From the NCBI GenBank assembly GCA_947575745.1, contig CANPOS010000001.1, forward strand, positions 1,105 through 65,104: a stretch of DNA of 64,000 nt. Direction: 5' to 3'. How positions within the stretch are numbered: position 1 is the first letter of the stretch; each line of letters begins with the position of its first letter. This stretch comes from an uncultured Clostridium sp. GTDB lineage: Bacteria; Bacillota; Clostridia; TANB77; CAG-508. The notes beneath the pieces are model-generated. The model did no database searches, had not been told where the DNA came from, and worked only from the letters and a program-made list of their open reading frames with translations. The translations under genes and the position numbers were made by a program. Shown in pieces: positions 46,727 through 56,829 of this stretch.

Positions 46727-48423
46727 TAACTTTTCTCCTGTACATTTTCCTTGCTAAGTTTTCCAACTTCAGCACTTGGGATTTCACCATATAAATTGGT
46801 AGCAACACTTACGGCTCTCCTAATTGCAGAGCTTGCTAATTTTTCTGCTTCTTCTCTAGCAATACTTAATATGTAATCATTTGCAAAGCCATCTAGTTCT
46901 ATAATACCACCAGTTGCAAATTCCTGATATGGTTTCATATTTTTATCTAAGCTACTTCTTAGTTCTTGACTTTCACAAGAATTCTTATCTGCTATAACAG
47001 CATTTTTTCCATGAGCAACAGCAGCAGTCAGCATTGTTATATCATTTGTTCCATCACCTATGCAAGTAAAATGTCCTCTAATATCTTCTCTAGATTTATC
47101 TCCATTAAGTGCAAGTTGTGAAAGTTTCAGTACAGAAGTTGCCTTATGTATTCCAGCAGGCGCCAAATCCACAGAAAAATTGCCATCATCCAAAGACTGA
47201 TAATTTAATTGAACATTTAAATTATTAGTTTTTATATAATTTCTAATTTCCTCTATCGCTTGAGAAGAAGAAACTCTAAAAGATAAGCTCAAAAGTTCTT
47301 TGTCAGTATCAGTCAAGCTTTGGATAACGTCTTTTGAAAATATTCTAGTTCCTAGTTTTCTTTCATAAGCTTTAGAATTTGCAGTATATGGACAATCTTG
47401 AAGAACAACAACGTCACCTGTGCTAAACTCTATTTCATCTTTACTTGTTTGTCCTTTATCCATCATATCCTTTATCAAGCTTAACATATCGCTTTTAGGC
47501 AATCTTTCTTTAGTTATATATTTTTCAGATTGTGTATCATATATAAATCCGTTATCACCAATAATGTATTTTGGAACAGAAATACCTTTATCTTCTAAGA
47601 TTTTTATAATTTCTCCAGCAGGTCTTGCTGTTGTTATTACAAATAATCCATTACTTTTTCCTTCTATTAGAGAAATAGCTTCACCTAATTTTTGACAAGC
47701 ATCTTCAGTTTCTAAATCTAGTGTACCATCCTTATCTGAGAAAATTATATAATCTTTATTATCAATTTTCCCTTTATCTTTTATTTCACGTTTTCTTTCT
47801 GGGTGAGCCTTTTTCCAATTATATTTTTCTTCTTCACTTCCAAATTCTACAATTACACTATCTAATTCTTCTGGTGGTAGATTTTCTAAGTTTACAATTC
47901 CAGTTTCTCTAGTTTCACTTTCCGTAATATCTATATCATGCTCTAAATTGTCTATTATTAATTCTCCAAATAAATGCTGATATTCATGCATAAAAATCAT
48001 TGAATCAGCAACAGAAAAAGGAATTATAAGTTCATTTCCTTCTAAATCAAAACCTTTTACTGTAATTCTAAATGGTCTATCCTTAAAAGTCCAATAATAA
48101 TGATTATCATAATCTATTGAAAAGCAGCCTTCTTCCTCTTTTGATACTCCTTGTGCATGAATAACTTCAGGATTGACTAAGACTAGTTGTGTTTTTCTAT
48201 CTTCAAAAGTTTTTATTGCAATTACTCTTTTAAAATTTCCTAATTGTGGTGCAGAAAAGCCAGCTGCCCCATTTTGTCTTTCTACTTCTTCTAATAAAGC
48301 AATACCTATGGCTCTTGCTTCAGCTCTTCCTTCTTTTGTATCCATATTTATTTCTTGAGAAATCCTTCTTAAATCATTTTTATCATTTGCATTAACATAT
48401 TTTAGAACTTTTCTCTTATCCAT
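46726..48423 (-). CDS. Peptide deformylase fused to a Cof-type HAD hydrolase
   Basis: PDF motifs GFSAPQLG, EEGCFS, HEYQH; HAD motifs DKDGTL, TTAR, GIHK, GDGTND. Confidence 0.82.
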   Translation of the reverse strand: MDKRKVLKYVNANDKNDLRRISQEINMDTKEGRAEARAIGIALLEEVERQNGAAGFSAPQLGNFKRVIAIKTFEDRKTQLVLVNPEVIHAQGVSKEEEGCFSIDYDNHYYWTFKDRPFRITVKGFDLEGNELIIPFSVADSMIFMHEYQHLFGELIIDNLEHDIDITESETRETGIVNLENLPPEELDSVIVEFGSEEEKYNWKKAHPERKREIKDKGKIDNKDYIIFSDKDGTLDLETEDACQKLGEAISLIEGKSNGLFVITTARPAGEIIKILEDKGISVPKYIIGDNGFIYDTQSEKYITKERLPKSDMLSLIKDMMDKGQTSKDEIEFSTGDVVVLQDCPYTANSKAYERKLGTRIFSKDVIQSLTDTDKELLSLSFRVSSSQAIEEIRNYIKTNNLNVQLNYQSLDDGNFSVDLAPAGIHKATSVLKLSQLALNGDKSREDIRGHFTCIGDGTNDITMLTAAVAHGKNAVIADKNSCESQELRSSLDKNMKPYQEFATGGIIELDGFANDYILSIAREEAEKLASSAIRRAVSVATNLYGEIPSAEVGKLSKENVQEKS

Positions 48424-48573
48424 TTTTTGCTCCTCTTAAATCTTAAAAATATACATAATTATATCACAAAACTAATCTTATGTCTACTTTGTTGCAAGAA
48501 ATCTGTTATATTGACTTTTTTTATTTTCTAACATATACTTGATTTATATTTAATATAGAAATGGAGTTAAGTT

Positions 48574-49482
48574 ATGAGTGACAAGATTTTCATATCGCAT
48601 GCAGATATTATACTAGATAAAATATATGATAGTAAATTTAAGTTAATAAAACAAGATGGTGGAGGATGTAATTGGAATGATATATATAATTTAAGTATAT
48701 TAGGAGAAAAGTGCTACGCATTTGGGAGTTGTGGCAATGATGAAGAAGGAAAAATTGCAATCAATTCTTTAAAAAAAGCAGGAGTTAATGTAGATAATAT
48801 AATGATAGATAATAATATTTCAACAGCTGTTATGAATATATTATTGCCAGATGAGGAAACTTTAGGGGAGAATGATATTATACATACTTGGTATTCTCCA
48901 ATTACAAATAAGAATACAATGCATTTTTCAGATAACTTACCTTTAGATATTCCAAAGGAATTTGAAGATAAAGAAATTTATATAATTCTAGATAAGTTTG
49001 AAGCTATAAATTATGAATTTCTACAAAGAATACAAAACAAAAAGGTTTGTTTAGATGTTGGAGCAGAAGAATTTATTGAATATTATACAAATCAATATTT
49101 AATAAGTTTTTTTAAACAAGCTAATATTATCCAAATAAATAATAACATACGCAATTATTTATTTAACAAGCTTAAAATATGTAATGAAATAGATTTTTTT
49201 AATTTATTAGATTTAGATTTATTGGTTATTACTAATGGAAAAAAAGGGGCAAAGTTTTTATATAAAGAAAATGGTAAAATAAAATTATGTGATAAAAAAC
49301 CAGAGATTTTAGTCGATGCCATAGATACTTCAGGGGCTGGAGATGCATTTTTCTCAGTTATAATTAGAGAATATGCATATTGTGATAAAATAGATGAAGA
49401 GTTTATTAATCATACATTTAAATTAGCAAATAAATCATCACGTGAGGTTCTTTCGCAACTAGGAAGTAGGAAAATAACATAA
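48574..49482 (+). CDS. PfkB-family carbohydrate kinase
   Basis: GGG near the N-terminus, GNDEEG, ITNGKKG, DTSGAGDAF. Confidence 0.88.
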   Translation: MSDKIFISHADIILDKIYDSKFKLIKQDGGGCNWNDIYNLSILGEKCYAFGSCGNDEEGKIAINSLKKAGVNVDNIMIDNNISTAVMNILLPDEETLGENDIIHTWYSPITNKNTMHFSDNLPLDIPKEFEDKEIYIILDKFEAINYEFLQRIQNKKVCLDVGAEEFIEYYTNQYLISFFKQANIIQINNNIRNYLFNKLKICNEIDFFNLLDLDLLVITNGKKGAKFLYKENGKIKLCDKKPEILVDAIDTSGAGDAFFSVIIREYAYCDKIDEEFINHTFKLANKSSREVLSQLGSRKIT

Positions 49483-49661
49483 AAGTATTATTAAAAGCTA
49501 TATTTGTATAAACAAAACTAAATTACACTAATAATAATTTTAGTTGTAAATTTATATTATATATGGTAAAATGCAAATAGGTGCAAGAAGGCGTTCTTTG
49601 AAGAAATGATTGTAAAGGTATTTTGTAATCTCGTATCCAGAACTTAGAAAGGGGCTATTTT

Positions 49662-49859
49662 ATGAATAAAATAATGAAGCGTTTTGTGGAGGCAGCGAGT
49701 AGACGGAGGACAGTCGATGAACCAGAAGTCGATAGGATTCCTAGCACTACAAAAATAAGGACATATACAAGCAATTCCTCTTTATATTCCAAAGAGAGTA
49801 CAATAGAGAATATAATAAAGGCTGTTGAATTTTGTTCTATTGATCAAAAAGAGAAATAA
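49662..49859 (+). CDS. Small hypothetical protein (contains an in-frame CGGA)
   Basis: AAGGGG RBS and ORF; true length is uncertain if the shift applies. Confidence 0.4.
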   Translation: MNKIMKRFVEAASRRRTVDEPEVDRIPSTTKIRTYTSNSSLYSKESTIENIIKAVEFCSIDQKEK

Positions 49860-49959
49860 GAGCAGATATATTAAGAGCTACTTGCACAACAACTAAATTT
49901 CCTAGTTTTGAATACTAAAAAGAGGAAGAATTCTGTTTTTGAGTTCTTCCTTTTTTTTA

Positions 49960-49977
49960 GTGTGCCCAGCATGGGCA
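49960..49977 (+). mobile_element. 5' remnant of a group IIC-like intron
   Basis: GTGTGCCCAGCATGGGCA directly after terminator GGAAGAATTC..GAGTTCTTCC-T8. Confidence 0.5.
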
Positions 49978-50109
49978 ACAACATAGTCTTGAGTTCTAAT
50001 AATATGTGATTCTATTCATATTAGAATTATTTTAAACCGAGGATCTCTCGATATTTTAACAAAAGAGTGTAATAAAATCAATAAAAATGGTTTATTATGG
50101 AGGAAAACT

Positions 50110-50352
50110 TTGAAAAAGTACAAGAATAATAAAAGTAATGTTATAGGAAATTTAATAAAAAGTTATAGAATAAAACAAAATTTTAAAAAAGTTGAACTTT
50201 GTAAGCAACTACAATTACATGCGGTTTACATTGATACTACTGAACTAAAAAGAATGAAAGAAGGAGAAATGATAATAAAGGACTTTGAACTTATTGCTTT
50301 TTGTAAAGTATTAAATATTAATTATGATGAATTAAAATCTGCAATAGAATAA
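50110..50352 (+). CDS. XRE-like HTH protein
   Basis: IGNLIKSYRIKQ...ELCKQLQL...DFELIAFCKVLNI. Confidence 0.7.
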   Translation: MKKYKNNKSNVIGNLIKSYRIKQNFKKVELCKQLQLHAVYIDTTELKRMKEGEMIIKDFELIAFCKVLNINYDELKSAIE

Positions 50353-50664
50353 TAGATAATAAAAGATGACACAAAAATGTTATCTTTTTTATTGTAAATT
50401 TGATAAAGGTACAAAAAGTATCTGATTTTATTAGAAAATTGTCTTATAAAATAATACATTATTGGAAAATATCAAGAAAGTTTATAAACATTGAAAATAA
50501 AGAGGTTATGACAACATAATATTATTAAAATACGACAATAATAGAAACAATATGTTAAAGTATCAAAAATTGTAGATTAATGCATTAAAATGTGAAGGTA
50601 GGTAATAAAGTTTTATTGATAAGTATATAATCTTATGATATTATAATAGTCAAATAAATAATTT

Positions 50665-51066
50665 ATGGAGAAGTTACATATGAAAAAAAGTATAAAATGG
50701 GTAATTAGAATTTTAATTGGAGTAATAATCTTATGGTTAATAATTTTTGGTATTGATTTTTATAGATGCTCACATCTAAAAGAACCAATATTTGTATTAT
50801 CAAAATGGTACAAGGATATGTATTTCAATAATGGACGAATAGATTTTACATGTTATTGTTTAGGATATAGAGTAAATTTAAGCACAGTTCCTATTTCTGA
50901 AAATAAAAAACAAGTAACATGGATAGAAATGTTTATATTTAATAAATGTATTGTAGAAGAAAAAATACAAACAAGTGAGCATACAATTAACAGTAACAAT
51001 GATGTTAAAATAGAGCCTTATGAAAATATAGAAGACATAGATGTAGTAACAAATATGGTAAAATAA
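50665..51066 (+). CDS. Membrane-anchored hypothetical protein
   Basis: N-terminal hydrophobic helix; IDFYRC..KEPIF, CLGY. Confidence 0.6.
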   Translation: MEKLHMKKSIKWVIRILIGVIILWLIIFGIDFYRCSHLKEPIFVLSKWYKDMYFNNGRIDFTCYCLGYRVNLSTVPISENKKQVTWIEMFIFNKCIVEEKIQTSEHTINSNNDVKIEPYENIEDIDVVTNMVK

Positions 51067-51741
51067 CGATATAGAGTTTATTATTCAAAGGGATAGACAG
51101 TTAATTATTTAGAAAATAATTTAATTTATTTGTAAAAATTTACTTTGTTCACTTGTAGTGGACAAAGTAATAGTATAATATATTGTTAACCTGGACGAAA
51201 GAGAAAGGCTAGTCTTTTCTAGAGACGGAAAGGGGGACATTTGTTGATGATAGAGAAAGACAGAAATACACAATTAAAACTTCAACAAGAGAAACAAAGG
51301 CAAGATAAGCAATCGGACAAAGACTAATTGTAACAAATACATAGTCGACGGGGTAGAAGTTGCGTATGACCTGTTTTTTTGTATAAAAAATATGCGTGTA
51401 GTTGCGATACACACATATGACTTTTAGTGATGACTGCTCATGTCAAACACATTTATATTGTATCTAAATAATAACATATTATTCTATAAAAGTCAATAAT
51501 TTCAAAAATTTCAAAATCATAGTAGAAAAAATCAAAGTTGAACAATGTATATATATTATATTAATTCAGAATTAGCAATAACTTTATTCAAAAATTCAAA
51601 TGTCAATACAATATATTTACATATAATAGTATTAGAGGTTAAGTAAAATTATACTACTTTTATAGAAAATTATAAAAAATATGTTATAATATATTCGTAT
51701 CAAAATATAAAATTGTCAAGAGAGTTTTTGGCAATGAGAGG

Positions 51742-51993
51742 ATGTTTTATCTAATAAAAAATATACCCTATGATTGTACATTAAAAAGGAGTGAAAACAA
51801 GATGGGGATTTTTTACAGTCATGATGAAACTTACGAGGAACATTTGCAGAAAAAATTTAGAGAGTTCGTGGAGAAAGATCCGGACATAACTCAAGAGAAA
51901 TGTAGGGAACTTAGCAAAGCAGAGCTTATTGCCAAACGTATACCACATTTTAAGGATTGGGATACAGATTTTGAGGATAAAATCCTGATGTAG
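51742..51993 (+). CDS. Small hypothetical protein (start probably 51802)
   Basis: AGGAGTG RBS before MGIFYSHD; hairpin downstream. Confidence 0.5.
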   Translation: MFYLIKNIPYDCTLKRSENKMGIFYSHDETYEEHLQKKFREFVEKDPDITQEKCRELSKAELIAKRIPHFKDWDTDFEDKILM

Positions 51994-52072
51994 AATAGTA
52001 CATCTAAAAAGATAATAAGTCTATTTTCAGTAAATAATACTAAAATATACTTATTATCTTTTTCTTATACAA

Positions 52073-52143
52073 GGGTTCGTATAAGACCATATTTGGTGAA
52101 CCACAACTTTGCAAATACGAACTTTGACTTTTTGAAAAGTTGT
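52073..52143 (+). repeat. att-like direct repeat A
   Basis: GGGTTCGTATAAGACCAT..TTGGTGAACCACAACTTT..AAATACGAAC.TTGACTTTTTG.AAAGTTGT; matches 53462-53532 and partly the tRNA-Arg 3' flank. Confidence 0.8.
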
Positions 52144-52319
52144 TTTATTATAAGGCTGATTATATAATAAATATTTATCAAAGTTTTAAGTTATATTTTT
52201 ATTATAGCAATAATTCCTTATTTATGCAATATTTAAAGCAAAAATAGTATTGGCAAAGTTTTTATTTGCGTAACGCAAATATATATGCTATAATTCTAAA
52301 TATAAAGGAGAGTTAATAT

Positions 52320-52670
52320 ATGATAGATGAAAGAACTAAAAAGGTGTTAATGTCAATTATAAAACATTGCAACATAATAAACGATACTAAAAATTTCTTT
52401 GGAAATGATTATTCAAAATTTGAAAATAATAGTATTTATCAAAATGCTATATTAACGCCAGTTACACAAATAGGAGAATTAGTTAAAAAGTTATCAATAG
52501 ATTTTAGAACAAAATATAATCAAATTCCATGGAAAAATATTGCTGGAATGAGAGACATAGTTGTACATAACTATGAAACTATTGATAAATCTATATTATG
52601 GGATGTTGCAGAAGTAGAAATAGATAAAATAAAAGAATTTTGCCAAGATATTTTAAATGAGGTGATATAA
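52320..52670 (+). CDS. HEPN (DUF86/HepT-like) RNase toxin
   Basis: IPWKNIAGMRDIVVHNY (Rx4-6H motif). Confidence 0.9.
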   Translation: MIDERTKKVLMSIIKHCNIINDTKNFFGNDYSKFENNSIYQNAILTPVTQIGELVKKLSIDFRTKYNQIPWKNIAGMRDIVVHNYETIDKSILWDVAEVEIDKIKEFCQDILNEVI

Positions 52671-52963
52671 TGTCTGAAATAGAGAAATTGAAAGAAAAAA
52701 TAAAACCAATTGCTAAGAAGTATAATTTAGCATATGTTTGGATATTTGGCTCTTATGCAAAGAAAAAACAGAAAAAAGATAGTGATGTTGATATTATTGT
52801 TAGAACAGAAGATGTACTTGGAGGATTCAAAATAGTAGAAGTAAAGTTTGCACTAGAAGAGGCGCTAGAAAAACAAGTTGACATTATAACAACAGGTAGT
52901 ATAAAAGGATCGTTATTAGAGGATGAAAACTTAGAGGAAGTTTTAGTATATAGTGAGGAGTAA
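52670..52963 (+). CDS. Minimal nucleotidyltransferase antitoxin (MntA-like)
   Basis: FGSYAK...DSDVDI, LEKQVD. Confidence 0.9.
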   Translation: MSEIEKLKEKIKPIAKKYNLAYVWIFGSYAKKKQKKDSDVDIIVRTEDVLGGFKIVEVKFALEEALEKQVDIITTGSIKGSLLEDENLEEVLVYSEE

Positions 52964-53012
52964 TGAATGATTGTAATAATATACAAATTATATTAAGTTT
53001 GGAGGTACATTT

Positions 53013-53384
53013 ATGAAGAAAAACATAGTACAAGCTATGCTATTGATAATATGTATAGTAAATTTTATAATACTAATATGTATATTTTTAAAATTTGTTA
53101 CTTGTACTTTTACAACAATACATTATGGAGTGAGCCTATTATTTATAATAGCAAACTTATTAGAAATAATTTATATATTTATTAGTTTAAAAAAGGAACA
53201 GAAAATGAGAAGATTAATATGTATTAGTTTGTTATTAGTTGTCCAATTCATAATTATGATAATAACTCCAGCTTATGCTGATAGTAATTACATAGAACCT
53301 AAAAAAGATACAAAGTTTGATTTTACATCAACACCATCAGTACAACCAACCTATTATAATGTATATGGGATTTATATAAAATAA
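53013..53384 (+). CDS. Hypothetical membrane protein
   Basis: GGAGG RBS; three hydrophobic segments. Confidence 0.6.
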   Translation: MKKNIVQAMLLIICIVNFIILICIFLKFVTCTFTTIHYGVSLLFIIANLLEIIYIFISLKKEQKMRRLICISLLLVVQFIIMIITPAYADSNYIEPKKDTKFDFTSTPSVQPTYYNVYGIYIK

Positions 53385-53461
53385 ATTTATATAATTATGC
53401 TATGAAAATGTATAATAAAAAACATTACCAGTTTAAATACTGATAATGTTTTTTATTATAC

Positions 53462-53532
53462 GGGTTCGTATAAGACCATGCTTGGTGAACCACAACTTTA
53501 TAAATACGAACCTTGACTTTTTGGAAAGTTGT
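53462..53532 (+). repeat. att-like direct repeat B
   Basis: Near-identical to 52073-52143. Confidence 0.8.
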
Positions 53533-53697
53533 CTTGTTTTAAGAATATTAATATAATTATTTGATATTAATTTTATAATTGAATAAAGCTTAAAAAAATG
53601 TATTGAAATCAATATAAAAAGATAGTATAATTATTAACATAACTTCATAGGTGATTTTGGGTAGAAAATTGTCTATGGAAAGGAGTGTACCCAAAGT

Positions 53698-54117
53698 ATG
53701 TTTTTAAAAGTCTATGGAGTAATTTCACAGATTTTGGAACCTGGTGCTTTTACAGTATGCGTGCCCATATTTGTAAATTCAGAAGAAAGACGTAAGTATA
53801 CGAAATTCTATCGGTTTGACGAAGATGGCAAGATAGTAGCGATGGATTTGAAACAATATGGTGCACCAGTATTTTTGCCAGCAGGCAAGAAAAAGATAAA
53901 TGATGGAAAAGATTATTTCATCGTTTATCGAGGTACCCAGAATTTTACGCATAACGATTTCAAGACTTATTACAATAATGAGTTGTTCATTTGTATGGAT
54001 GAACGTGTTGATTGGATGTCTGCAAGCATATCAATGGGAATAAAATTTCCTGATAAATTTGTGGCTGTCAAAAAAATCGATATTAGTAAAGAAGATCTTG
54101 AAAGAATGATGCAATAA
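53698..54117 (+). CDS. Hypothetical protein (contains an in-frame CGG followed by T)
   Basis: AAGGAGT RBS, 139-aa ORF, terminator after the stop. Confidence 0.65.
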   Translation: MFLKVYGVISQILEPGAFTVCVPIFVNSEERRKYTKFYRFDEDGKIVAMDLKQYGAPVFLPAGKKKINDGKDYFIVYRGTQNFTHNDFKTYYNNELFICMDERVDWMSASISMGIKFPDKFVAVKKIDISKEDLERMMQ

Positions 54118-54189
54118 AAAATGCTCAAGCTACCCCTTGAGCATTTTTTATATAATCTTAAGCAACTTTTATTCCTGTATCAATGACCT

Positions 54190-54441
54190 TTAATAATTTT
54201 TGTATATATCGCCTCTATTGTCCGCATCTGTCACATCTATTACTATTTCATTTTCTATCCATTCAAAAATTATTCGATATTCTCCGACTCTTAATCTATA
54301 AGTCTCTTTATATCCTTTTAATTGTTTAATATCTCCATTAGGTAAATTATATATTGCCTTATATAATCTTAGTTGTTGTTTCTTATCTTGTTTACTTATA
54401 AATTTCTGTGCTTTCTTCTTAATATTAATCTTGTAAGTCAT
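54190..54441 (-). CDS. RelE/ParE-family toxin
   Basis: GDIKQLKG..YRLRVGEYRIIF...NRGDIYK. Confidence 0.9.
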   Translation of the reverse strand: MTYKINIKKKAQKFISKQDKKQQLRLYKAIYNLPNGDIKQLKGYKETYRLRVGEYRIIFEWIENEIVIDVTDADNRGDIYKNY

Positions 54442-54724
54442 CTAGCGTCAACCCTACTTCCCTTAGAGCTTCCTCAAATGAGATTGCCTCTTCTTTCTCT
54501 TTTTTTCTTTGTTCTTCAGTCAATGAAAATTCTCTAAGTAGCATTAATTTTTCTGTTGGATCTAGTTCTTCAAGTTCACTTAATGTTAGATTTGGCATAA
54601 CTTCTATCAATTTCATATCTAATAGACTTATAGCAACTTTCTTCATTTTTGCTTGGCTTTCTTCATCTAAATTATAAGCAATACTTGCTATATCCATTAA
54701 TGTTTGTCTTTGACTTTCACTCAT
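54425..54724 (-). CDS. Putative antitoxin of the RelE toxin
   Basis: Acidic 99-aa ORF overlapping the toxin start; ends ISFEEALREVGL. Confidence 0.7.
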   Translation of the reverse strand: MSESQRQTLMDIASIAYNLDEESQAKMKKVAISLLDMKLIEVMPNLTLSELEELDPTEKLMLLREFSLTEEQRKKEKEEAISFEEALREVGLTLDDLQD

Positions 54725-54818
54725 AGTATTTAATCTCCTTTATTTAGATTAAAACAAAAACTTTGTCAACCTTAAATTGACAAAGTTTATCTCATACATG
54801 GTTCGTATAAGGTTGTTT

Positions 54819-54895
<77 letters not shown>

Positions 54896-55203
54896 AAAAT
54901 TAATGCTAAATTATAATATCACAGAACCCATGAAATGTCAACAATTTCTCAAAAATTTTCTAATCAATACTTTTTAAAGAAAATTTCATTTGCAAGTGCA
55001 ACATTGTATATAAATACTCACTTGACTTTTTAACAATATAATAAAGCAAAAGTTAATAACTATTATCCAAATACTAAAAGGCTAAATCTAAAAGTAAATT
55101 TTAGTTGAAGCTCAACAAAAACTTAGTTTTAGATTTAACCCAAAATAGGAAATTATATGTAATTAAAACACTGCGCTTATACCAAAATAGAGAAAATTAG
55201 TAA

Positions 55204-55539
55204 TTAAAAAGGATATTTAGCAATAGGACGAATAACATTATACATTAATTCTGCAACTTCATCAGAACTATTTGAAACCATTCTATTAATTTTATTAATG
55301 TAATTAGTATGAGTTGTATCACCAAATAAAATATAATCACATGAATATCCAGTTTTAGAAGAAATAATCATAAGAGTTTCAATACTCATAGACTTATCTC
55401 CTCTTTCAATTTGGCTTAAAAATGAAGAAGAGATATCTATTAACTCAGAAAATTGTTCCCTAGTTAAAGAAATAGATTCTCTAATAGTTCGTATTCTATT
55501 TCCAATTATAATATCATCTTTCATATAAAATTCCCCCAT
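55204..55539 (-). CDS. XRE-family HTH regulator
   Basis: IGNRIRTIR..LTREQFSE..SFLSQIERG..DYILFG. Confidence 0.88.
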   Translation of the reverse strand: MGEFYMKDDIIIGNRIRTIRESISLTREQFSELIDISSSFLSQIERGDKSMSIETLMIISSKTGYSCDYILFGDTTHTNYINKINRMVSNSSDEVAELMYNVIRPIAKYPF

Positions 55540-55812
55540 TTAAATTAATACAAAGTTACTAATAAAATTATATAGACACTAAAAACAAAATACCAAACAC
55601 TCATAAGGTAAAAGAAACACACTCCCAAAGTGCGAGAATACAGGTAATTATAACAAAAAAATCAAAAAAATAAAACTTTTTATGAAAAGCGACAAAAAAC
55701 TCAGCTAAATTAAGTTTCCGTATATAGAATTGTGAATTTTATGTAAAAATATTGAAATTGATTATAAGTAATGATAATATAATAACGATAATTAAAAAAG
55801 GAGGAGAAACAT

Positions 55813-56829
55813 TTGATTAAAGTAGAAAATGTTACTAAAAAATATGGCAATTATGTTGCCGTAGATAACATGAACTTCGAAGTGAAAGAAGGAGAAATTG
55901 TCGGATTTCTAGGGCCAAATGGAGCAGGAAAAACAACAACGATGAGTATAATTACAGGAGTTATAGAGCCAACAGATGGACATGTAGAAATAAATGGATA
56001 CAATGTAAGTAAAAAAGCAAACAAAGCAAAAAGAGAAATAGGATATATGCCAGAAACAACACCATTATATAATGAATTAACTCCAAAAGAATTTGTAAGT
56101 TATATGTCAGAGCTAAAAGGAGTAAAAAGAAAAGAAAGAAAGATAGAAATAGAAAGAGTAATCAAAGCAGTAAATATAGAAGATGTACAAAACAAACTAA
56201 TAAGAAATTTATCTAGAGGGTATAGACAACGTGTTAGTCTAGCAGGAGCCTTAGTAGGAAATCCAAAAGTATTAATATTAGATGAACCAACAGTAGGCTT
56301 AGATCCAAAACAAGTAACACAAATAAGAAACCTAATAAAATCATTAGGAAAAGAGCATACAGTGATATTAAGTTCACATATACTATCAGAAGTAAGTCAA
56401 ATATGCCAAAAAGTTATAATAATAAATAAAGGAAAATTAATAGCAATAGATACACCAGAAAACTTAGAGAAAAAAGAAGCAGGAGGCAATATATTACTTG
56501 TTACAGTTGAGGATACAGAAAACAAGATAAATGAAACTGTAAAGAAAATGGAAAATGTAAAAGAAATAACACTACTAAAAACACTTCCAGATGGAACAAA
56601 GCAATATAGTATATCAGCAAAAGGAGACAAAGACATAAGGAAAGAAGTATTTGCAGAATTTGCAAAAAGTGGAATGACAATATTTGAACTAAAAAAAGCA
56701 GAAACAAGCTTAGAGGATGTATTTATAGACTTAATAGATAAGCAAAAAGAAACCTCAAGCAAAACAAAAGAACAAATAAAGAAAGAAAAACAAAAAAACA
56801 AACAAAACAAAAAAGGAGGAGATAAATAA
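55813..56829 (+). CDS. ABC transporter ATP-binding protein (GldA-like)
   Basis: GPNGAGKTT, LSRGYRQR, ILDEPTVGLD, SSH. Confidence 0.93.
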   Translation: MIKVENVTKKYGNYVAVDNMNFEVKEGEIVGFLGPNGAGKTTTMSIITGVIEPTDGHVEINGYNVSKKANKAKREIGYMPETTPLYNELTPKEFVSYMSELKGVKRKERKIEIERVIKAVNIEDVQNKLIRNLSRGYRQRVSLAGALVGNPKVLILDEPTVGLDPKQVTQIRNLIKSLGKEHTVILSSHILSEVSQICQKVIIINKGKLIAIDTPENLEKKEAGGNILLVTVEDTENKINETVKKMENVKEITLLKTLPDGTKQYSISAKGDKDIRKEVFAEFAKSGMTIFELKKAETSLEDVFIDLIDKQKETSSKTKEQIKKEKQKNKQNKKGGDK

